DNA from: Chrysochromulina tobinii
Lineage: Eukaryota
Length of the DNA stretch: 35,709 nt
Direction: 5' to 3'
Assembly (NCBI GenBank): GCA_001275005.1
Contig: JWZX01001686.1
Location: forward strand, 1 to 35,709
The notes below the pieces were generated by a model. It did not search any database. It saw only the letters and a list, made by a program, of their open reading frames with translations, and was not told the DNA's origin. Positions 28,685-35,709 of the stretch are shown here, one piece after another; position 1 is the stretch's first letter; every line of letters begins with the position of its first letter. The position numbers and the translations under genes were made by a program.

Positions 28685-30424
28685 ATGGAGACGTTCCTGA
28701 CCGAGACCACTGATATCGCGGGATCCTCGTTCACGCACGTGTACAATATTAAGGCCCGACTGGGCGACGGCGGGACTGCCAGCGTGTATTCTGCCGTGCA
28801 CAACTCGCTCGGCGAATGTGTGGCGGTCAAGGTTGCCTTACGCAAGAAGCAGGAACGGCGATGGGCGAGGACGAAGTCAGTCTTTCAGCACGAGATGTGC
28901 ATGCTGAAGCGCTGCGAGCACCCGCACATCGTGCGCTCGCTCGCCTTCTTCCAGGGCCCGCAAGATGTCGCGCTCGTGCTTGAGCATGTTCCCGGCGGTG
29001 ACTTCCAGCAGGTGCTCGAACGACACGGAGCCCTGGCTGAGCACACGGTCCTCGTCGTGGTCGCGCAACTCGTCTCGGCGCTCGCGCACATGCACTCGCT
29101 GGACACGCTGCACCGCGACGTCAAGCTCGAGAACCTCCTCCTCGTACGCTTCGGCGCGGCGCCGTGCATCAAGCTGTGCGACCTTGGGCACGCGGCGCTG
29201 GTGTGCGAGGCAGGCGACTCATTCACAGGCACTTGTGGCTACGCAGCGCCCGAGGTGTGCCAGCGCGCGTTCCCGTTCTGGTCGCGCTCCGCCGACGTGT
29301 GGAGCGTGGGCTGCGTCACGTACGCCATGCTGGCCAACTCACTACTCACGTGGGCTGGTGAAGGCGGTGGTGACGGCGGGCCGGACTTTTCGTCGCGTAC
29401 GTTGCAAGCTGTGACGCTGGAGACGCGATTGCTCATACGCTCGATGCTGCACATGAATCGCGCCGAGCGCGCGACGCTCGCGAATATCGCCTCCGTTGTC
29501 GCCACCGCGGGCAGCACCGACAGCCTGAAGGCCACCTCCATCCAGGCCACGTCCATACGACGCGTGGCACTCAATCAGCACTCGTACTCACTCCTCGACA
29601 TGACCTCATTGGACAAGGGCCAGTCGCACGTCCGACGGGCGCCCATCGAGATGCGCTGGTCCACGCTCTCGATCAACAGCGCAAACGACAGCCCCTTCAC
29701 CTCCCGCGCCGCATCTGATGTGTCCGACCTGATGGTCTCTCTCGACCCGGATGACGCTCAGCACGGCGCTCAGCACGGCACAGATAGCGCTCATTACGGC
29801 GCGCAGCACGGCACGGCCGCGGCGCCCGCAGCCGAGGCCGCTGCCGAGGCGTTCGAAGGCTTCCTGGGCGCACGGCGGCGGCTGCCTGGCGCGCGCTTCG
29901 AGTGCTGGAAGTGCCCGTTCTGGGCACAATACGCGCCGTTCTGGACGCATGGGCGCAGCGCCTACGCGCGCGACGTGCACGTGGAGGCCGGCGGGGTGTG
30001 CACGGTCGAGCCGTCCACTGGGCGTGTGACGAACCGCTGGCCGTTTGGGCAACTGCTTGCGATCACAGTGGACGATCTCTCGGGCGAGATCTCCCTTGAG
30101 CTCGATGATGGCGGCCTGGCGTGCTGTGGCTTGATGGGGAGATCGTTTGTGCGCCGCGTGCAGCTACGGCTCGCGCGCGCCTCGGAGCAGCCTGTGCTGT
30201 TGGCCCTTCTGAGAGCGGGCATGGCCAGGTGCACTACAAGCACTGCACCCGCTGCGGCCTCACGACAGGTCACCCGTCAGGCCTCCGCTGCGCCCCCCCC
30301 GGCACTGCCGCTGTCGCAGGCTCCCACGCGCGTCGGAAGGGCGACCCAGGAAGGTATACCCTGCATGCCCGCTAGAACGTACAGCCTTGCTAGTGCGCTC
30401 GGCGATATGAGAAGCTTCTTATGA
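28685..30424 (+). CDS. Ser/Thr protein kinase (CAMK-like) with C-terminal PH-like segment
   Basis: LGDGGTASV, VAVK, HPHIV, HRDVKLENLL, KLCDLG, GTCGYAAPE, ADVWSVGC; single 579-aa ORF. Confidence 0.92.
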   Translation: METFLTETTDIAGSSFTHVYNIKARLGDGGTASVYSAVHNSLGECVAVKVALRKKQERRWARTKSVFQHEMCMLKRCEHPHIVRSLAFFQGPQDVALVLEHVPGGDFQQVLERHGALAEHTVLVVVAQLVSALAHMHSLDTLHRDVKLENLLLVRFGAAPCIKLCDLGHAALVCEAGDSFTGTCGYAAPEVCQRAFPFWSRSADVWSVGCVTYAMLANSLLTWAGEGGGDGGPDFSSRTLQAVTLETRLLIRSMLHMNRAERATLANIASVVATAGSTDSLKATSIQATSIRRVALNQHSYSLLDMTSLDKGQSHVRRAPIEMRWSTLSINSANDSPFTSRAASDVSDLMVSLDPDDAQHGAQHGTDSAHYGAQHGTAAAPAAEAAAEAFEGFLGARRRLPGARFECWKCPFWAQYAPFWTHGRSAYARDVHVEAGGVCTVEPSTGRVTNRWPFGQLLAITVDDLSGEISLELDDGGLACCGLMGRSFVRRVQLRLARASEQPVLLALLRAGMARCTTSTAPAAASRQVTRQASAAPPPALPLSQAPTRVGRATQEGIPCMPARTYSLASALGDMRSFL

Positions 30425-31342
30425 GAAGCGTCGCTAGCCATTGTCCCCAGATGGGATATGCTATTCCCCGTCCTCGCCCCCACACAGCCGCAGGATCTAG
30501 CCGAGCCCGCGACGCGCCCTAAGACGCTAAGACTGGCGGGCCGCAAGACCGAGAGCAGAGCCAGAGGCGTAATAGTAGCGTAATGATCCCCGGGTCACGG
30601 GTGTACCGTTTAAGCGTTATTTGATGAGTCGGGTATCGCCAGGGTATCGGCTATCCCGGACGGACGCAGCACGAATCCCGTTACGACGATGGACGAATCC
30701 GCGCGCCGCCCCCCGTTTCCCGCCCCCCACGTGCTAACTGCTATCCGGCGTGGTGACTGTGTGCAATATCGACGTTCTTGTACCGTACCGGTGAGCTCGT
30801 TAAGGGATATGAATATTGTTTAGACGTATCGAATATCGGTCCTGTTTATCGTATGACGTATCGCTCCCACGTCCGGCGGGTGGCCCGCTCGCGCGCGAAC
30901 GCCTACTCGCTACTGCTGCCGTGCCGCCCCAATTCGGTGCTTATTGTTCGGTGCCGCCCGGGGGGACGCACGGCGCCGTGTCTCGGTTCCCCATGCGGTT
31001 CCCGTTGCCATGCGATGGCCATGAGTGATGAGATCACTTGCACTCGAAGTAGCGACGATCAAGCGTCGGTACCGTGTGGAAGCGTGCTCGACCGCGACTA
31101 TTCTCGACTCGACTGCATCGCGGCATCGACCATCGTCGGATCGTGCAATCCGCGCGGTGGGTCCGGGTACTCGTGGCCGCTGGGGGTCGCTCCGGGGGCG
31201 GCGCGGGGGGTGTTGTCCGTGTGGTCTCCCCAACTCCCGGGGGGGACCGTGCAGACCCCGACCCGCCGTAATTTGCGCGCACTCCGAGACTCGGCGCGTA
31301 TACACAGTGTTCGTTATTCCGAGCTTCCGACTAAGCGCAGAT

Positions 31343-32806
31343 CTATCCGAACTCAATCGAATCGCGGGGCACGACGAAGCACCTCGTGGAGCCCTCCAAA
31401 TTGAGGGTCAGATCGTACTTGTACTTGAGCTCCGAGCGCTCAAACTGCCAATCGAAGCGCTGCAACAATAGGGCGGTGCCTATCACAGCCTCTGTCAGAC
31501 CCAGCCGCGTGCCGAGGCAGCCGCGCGGGCCCGCGCCGAAGGGGAGCCAACAAAAGGTGGATGGAGCCCCACCAGTGGTCGGGTCGTTCAGCCAGCGCTG
31601 CGGATCGAACGCGTCCGCATCCACCCCCCAGCTGCCCGGGTCACGCCCGAGGAAGTACGGGGACCAACAGAGCGTCGCCCCTCGAGGCACCTGCTCGCCT
31701 TCTACCACAGCGTCCGCAATCGACGTGCGGCCGACAAATGGCACGGGCGGGTAGAGGCGGAGGACCTCTCGTGAGATCGCAGTCGCGTACGGCAGCTTGG
31801 CGCGCACCTCGTCCAGAGTGAGCCGCGAGAGGTCCACCCGCTTCGCCTCCTCTCGCGCCGCGGCGAGCGCCTCGGAATGACGAGGTTCGTGCAGCAGGAA
31901 GATCGCTGCGGTGAGCGTGGAGGCGGTCGTATCCGAGCCAGCGATGATGAGGTCAAAGAGGATGGATTGGATGTCGTCGTCGGTCAGGGACGGCTCGCGC
32001 ACCAGCACGGAGAGCAGATCACTGGACTTGATCTCGCCTCCAATCTCGCTTTCACTCTCACCTACGGCCGACTGACCTGCGGCCTCCTCGACACGCCGTC
32101 GCTCGTTGATCACCTCCGCCACGAGCTCACGAAGACGTGGCAAGAGCTCCCCGGTGACCCTGCGGTAGTTGAGCGACGCCCACGGAGCAACGTCGTACAG
32201 CGGCGGGATCTCATTCGCAGTCGCCACGATCGCCTCGAGGTACGCTCCGATCACCTCGGAGAGCTCCTCAGCCTTCTCAAAGCCCCGAGCTGCCTCTGAG
32301 CCAAGGCCAAAGGTGACGGCGAGCACGACTCGGAGGGTGAGCTTGCGTGCCTCACAATAGAGATCTAGTCTCAGCCGCCCATCGGGAGTGGCGCGCGCGC
32401 GCGCCGTAAGCGTGTCGCACAGCGCGTCCGTCTCGCCACGCACGGCTTCGAGGAAGCTCTCCATGGAATTGGTCCGCTCGAACGACGGGATGCACATTTT
32501 CTTCTGCCGCTTGTGCCGCTCACCCTGCTCGTAGACGATGCCACGGTCGAGGCCAAGACGTGGGAAGAGTGGCACGCTGTAGCGTCGCGGAAAGCTCGCC
32601 TCGGCCTGATCAACGCACACGTTCTTCACCGTCGAGGCGTCGAGCAAAAAGTAGAAGTCGCCTCCAAAAGGTCCGAGCGGAACTTTTGCGACGCCACTGT
32701 AGCCTTGCTTCTTCATCGTCAGCATGTACTGCCATGGCGATTGATCGATAGCGATTCCAAATAGAGCGGCGAGGAAGGTCGGGCCGCTGCGGGTGTCGAC
32801 GCGCAT
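31343..32806 (-). CDS. Cytochrome P450
   Basis: I-helix IIAGSDTT, K-helix EVLR, FDPQRW, heme ligand PFGAGPRGCLG. The 5' end may be incomplete. Confidence 0.95.
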   Translation of the reverse strand: MRVDTRSGPTFLAALFGIAIDQSPWQYMLTMKKQGYSGVAKVPLGPFGGDFYFLLDASTVKNVCVDQAEASFPRRYSVPLFPRLGLDRGIVYEQGERHKRQKKMCIPSFERTNSMESFLEAVRGETDALCDTLTARARATPDGRLRLDLYCEARKLTLRVVLAVTFGLGSEAARGFEKAEELSEVIGAYLEAIVATANEIPPLYDVAPWASLNYRRVTGELLPRLRELVAEVINERRRVEEAAGQSAVGESESEIGGEIKSSDLLSVLVREPSLTDDDIQSILFDLIIAGSDTTASTLTAAIFLLHEPRHSEALAAAREEAKRVDLSRLTLDEVRAKLPYATAISREVLRLYPPVPFVGRTSIADAVVEGEQVPRGATLCWSPYFLGRDPGSWGVDADAFDPQRWLNDPTTGGAPSTFCWLPFGAGPRGCLGTRLGLTEAVIGTALLLQRFDWQFERSELKYKYDLTLNLEGSTRCFVVPRDSIEFG

Positions 32807-32998
32807 ATTCGCAAATGATTTCTCGCACTCGTCGTGCGCGACGAGCTCCGACGCAATTTGCGCTGAAAGTGTTCATCATGAATACACGCAACACGTAAAC
32901 AGTGTTCCTTGGGGCGAAGCACCCATCGGGTGACCCGGTGGTTTATTCTGAGTTTCGTATGGTGCTTGGGTTCTTGATTTGGAGATTTTAGAGCAGAA

Positions 32999-35311
32999 AT
33001 GCTGACTCGACCGAGCTCGTCTCCCCATCGGTCGCCATCACGCGCCATATTCGCTCGACTGGGCTCGTCTCCAAGTCGATCCCCACTACATCGTCGTGGT
33101 ATCACCGCTGTTTCGCTTTCTCCAATCTTTGGGCGGCCCTGCAGCAGCCCAGAGCGAAGGCCGAGCCCTGAGCGGCGCCCGTTAGGAGGGAGCGTGAGCG
33201 CTCGGGGTCCCGCGCCGCCGTTTGATGCCCGAGGCCTGGCCCCGGCCCTCTCGGCGCGTGATCCAGGGCCTCCGCCTCCATCCCCACCACCGCCGCAGCC
33301 ACGGCCTGGATGGCGAGCACTAGGTGGCAAGGGAGGTGCGGGTGGCTCACTGCGCACCTCCCTTCAGGCAGCTCGTGCAGCCGTGGGTGCCGATGGAAAA
33401 GCTGACGCCGCCCAGAGCATGGACGAAGCGAGGCAGCTAGCGCAGCGAGAGCGCCGCAAGGCCGACGCCGCCGCACGCCGTGGCGAGTGGCTCGAAGCGG
33501 AAGACCACCTCACCACAGCGATGGGCGTGGTCGACGAAAACGCGGAGCTTCTATGCTATCGATCGCTCGCGCGGCTCAAGCAGCAAAAGGTAAGCCATGC
33601 GCTCACGGATGCGCAGCGGGCTGCCAGCATCCAGCCGGCGTCGTCCCGCCCCTTGTACCGTTTGGGTCAAGCCATGGTCGCCTCCGGAGAGCACATGATC
33701 ACCGAGGCAGGGACGACCTTCTGCTGCTCCCTCGCCCTCGCACCTCGGGACGCGAACGCGGCCATCATGTTCGACGGGTCGCTCGATCTGATCCGACGCG
33801 CCCGCCAGTACTTTCCAGGGCGCGAGCGCAAGCAAGAGGCGTCGCTCCACAGCCCAGACAGGCTGCCCCGAGGGAGGCCCCCTGGTGCATGTGAGCCTCC
33901 GGCCGTTACCGCCGCGCCGCATGCGCCTCATTCGAGCCTCGACGTATGCTGGACCGCGCCGAGCGACCATGGGGGCGAAGAGATCTTTCAGTACGAAGTG
34001 GAGGTCGCGCCCATCGATCCGCTCCGCCCGGACTCCACTCTCGTGTTCACACCTGCGTATGCGGGCCCTCCTCAACAGAAGCCCGCCTGCGACGCAGAGG
34101 GCGGCGGCGGCGGCAGCGGCGGCCCGGCACTGGAGGTCGGAGGTCGGCCGACGCTGAGCGCCGTCGTGAGCGGTCTCGAAGCCGACACCGAGTACGCCAT
34201 CCGTGTCGCCGCGCGCAACGATTGCGGCCGCGCTGAGTGGTGCTTGCCCACCCGCGCATGCACTCTTCGGGCGCCGCGAAAGGTGCGGCAGTTGGACACC
34301 TTCGTACCCGATGCGTGGCTCGAGCTGCGCGCGAACATGAGCGACCTGTCGGGCGGGCTCGAAAGACGGTACGGCACGAGCGAGGAGCACGATTGGCACG
34401 CGCTCGTGCGTGTCTGGATGACGAACCTCGCCCCTGTGCGCCTCGCGTACCGCCTGTATGTGATGCTGGGGAACATCGAGGCGGCGCCGAAGGATATCTC
34501 GCTCACACAGTTCCGTAAGTTCGTGGAGGACTGCCACGTACTCAAGCCCGTCCTCAGCTCCAAGGTGGACGTCGACCTTATCTTCACACGCGCCAACCGT
34601 GTGAACGTCCACCACGGCGCCGGAGAATATGAGACCGAGACCGAAGTCGTCAACGGTCGTAAGGATCCGAACCGGATGGGCCAGGATGAGTTTGTGCATG
34701 CCTTGGTACGACTGGGGCTGCTGCGCGCTGAGCAGCGGGCGGCGAGCTCAACGGCGGCGGCGAGCGCGGCGCGCTCGATGGCGTCGAGCTTTGAGCTGCT
34801 CATGGAGGAGTGCGTGAAGCCGCACGCGAGCTTCGATCTGGAGGATGATCTCCGCGACGAGATTCGCGGCCGGCAGGTGCGCGCCGCGCTCGCAAAGCAT
34901 CGCGAGCCGTTGCATCATCAATTCACGCGATGGGCGGCGGCGGACAAGGTGCTCGGGTGCGCAGACGACGGGATGAGCCTCGGGGAGCTCCTTCTGGCCC
35001 TCAAAGAGGCTCGAGTGCTCGATGAGCGCTGCACGGCACGTGAGGTGACCCGACTCTTCGTGATGATCAACGCTGAGGATGAGATCTACATGGCCAAGCC
35101 GGGCGGACACGGCAAGGGTAACGGCAAGGGCCGGAGCAAGAGCAAGGGTGCGGCGGAGCTCGACTTTGACGAGTACTGCGAGATCGTCTGCCGCATCTGC
35201 GACCAAAAGTGTCCGCGCGAGCTGCGCGACGGGCCGTTTGGCAACACGCTCGACACGTGGCTCCGGCTCTTTTTCCTTCCTGCTCTGCGGAGCGCGCGTC
35301 ACCGCGGGTAA
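32999..35311 (+). CDS. TPR + fibronectin type III + EF-hand/p25-alpha-like protein
   Basis: TPR helices (GEWLEAEDHLTTAM, LCYRSLARLK..ALTDAQRA, LYRLGQA); FN3 (SLDVCWTAPSDHGG..QYEVE, VSGLEADTEYAIRVAARN); C-terminal ISLTQFRKFVEDC..DVDLIFTRAN, MGQDEFVHALVRL, LDFDEYCEIVCRI. Confidence 0.8.
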   Translation: MLTRPSSSPHRSPSRAIFARLGSSPSRSPLHRRGITAVSLSPIFGRPCSSPERRPSPERRPLGGSVSARGPAPPFDARGLAPALSARDPGPPPPSPPPPQPRPGWRALGGKGGAGGSLRTSLQAARAAVGADGKADAAQSMDEARQLAQRERRKADAAARRGEWLEAEDHLTTAMGVVDENAELLCYRSLARLKQQKVSHALTDAQRAASIQPASSRPLYRLGQAMVASGEHMITEAGTTFCCSLALAPRDANAAIMFDGSLDLIRRARQYFPGRERKQEASLHSPDRLPRGRPPGACEPPAVTAAPHAPHSSLDVCWTAPSDHGGEEIFQYEVEVAPIDPLRPDSTLVFTPAYAGPPQQKPACDAEGGGGGSGGPALEVGGRPTLSAVVSGLEADTEYAIRVAARNDCGRAEWCLPTRACTLRAPRKVRQLDTFVPDAWLELRANMSDLSGGLERRYGTSEEHDWHALVRVWMTNLAPVRLAYRLYVMLGNIEAAPKDISLTQFRKFVEDCHVLKPVLSSKVDVDLIFTRANRVNVHHGAGEYETETEVVNGRKDPNRMGQDEFVHALVRLGLLRAEQRAASSTAAASAARSMASSFELLMEECVKPHASFDLEDDLRDEIRGRQVRAALAKHREPLHHQFTRWAAADKVLGCADDGMSLGELLLALKEARVLDERCTAREVTRLFVMINAEDEIYMAKPGGHGKGNGKGRSKSKGAAELDFDEYCEIVCRICDQKCPRELRDGPFGNTLDTWLRLFFLPALRSARHRG

Positions 35312-35709
35312 GTTGAATGGGCCGGCGTCGGTGTGGTCGACGGTCCATGACGGTCACGCGTGACGGTTTCACTAGTATTGAGGAATTCTTCCCCACGACC
35401 CCCGGTTTCGTCTGAATACCGGGAGGGAAGCCTCAGAGATTAACCGCCCGCGTGAAAATAGCGCGCGCGCGACCCGATAGGTTTTGGCCGGCGGCCCATT
35501 TTTTTGCGCGTCCGTCCGTGTGTCCGTCCGTGTGTGGCCAGTCTGTCGTCCCAAATTTGGAGTCAACAGCCTACCGGTTTGAGAGAAAAGAGGCCGTCCG
35601 ATTTCCACCTTATCCATTTTCCTCGTCTGCCTCGCGGAGCCTCGCGCGCCCAGTTCTCGACAAAGTAGACCCGTGGTCGAGCCACAGCTCATAGAAGATG
35701 TGTTCGTAT

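Noticed and set aside
30778..31471. ORFs of 148-208 aa between kinase and P450
   Set aside because: Non-ATG starts or overlap with the P450, no codon bias and no motifs.
1..35709. tRNA, rRNA, snRNA, transposase or reverse transcriptase genes
   Set aside because: No recognisable T-loop/D-loop, rRNA or snRNA signatures, nor DDE, RT or HUH motifs, were seen by eye; an Infernal or HMM scan is needed to exclude them formally.

Overview
GC-rich, gene-dense eukaryotic nuclear DNA. The frequent GC-AG and GTGCG donors, repeat-filled introns and gene content suggest a haptophyte alga (Chrysochromulina-like); this is inference. About 15 protein-coding genes are supported: two paralogous proteins with an unrecognised N-terminal domain, a coiled coil and a TOG/CLASP-like HEAT region; a tandem DUF179/AlgH protein; two ELIC-like Cys-less (Pro-loop) pentameric ion channel subunits; a sugar porter; an atypical extended SDR; an SGNH/PC-esterase-like protein; a DMT transporter; a prolyl 4-hydroxylase; a Cys/Pro-rich membrane protein; an ABC-F ATPase; a Ser/Thr kinase; a cytochrome P450; and a TPR-FN3-EF-hand-like protein. 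The most striking non-coding signal is in the introns. Most are built from transcription-polarised CTGA(T/C/G) tandem repeats and contain direct, and sometimes inverted, copies of their own flanking exon ends, which looks like a footprint of intron creation or expansion by templated duplication. Also notable are a conserved ~31-bp motif in three of four head-to-head intergenic regions, a palindromic array with a 74-bp higher-order period, and highly similar 3' ends in both paralogue pairs. No rRNA, tRNA, CRISPR or transposase was recognised. All exon structures were deduced by hand from splice signals and frame continuity.
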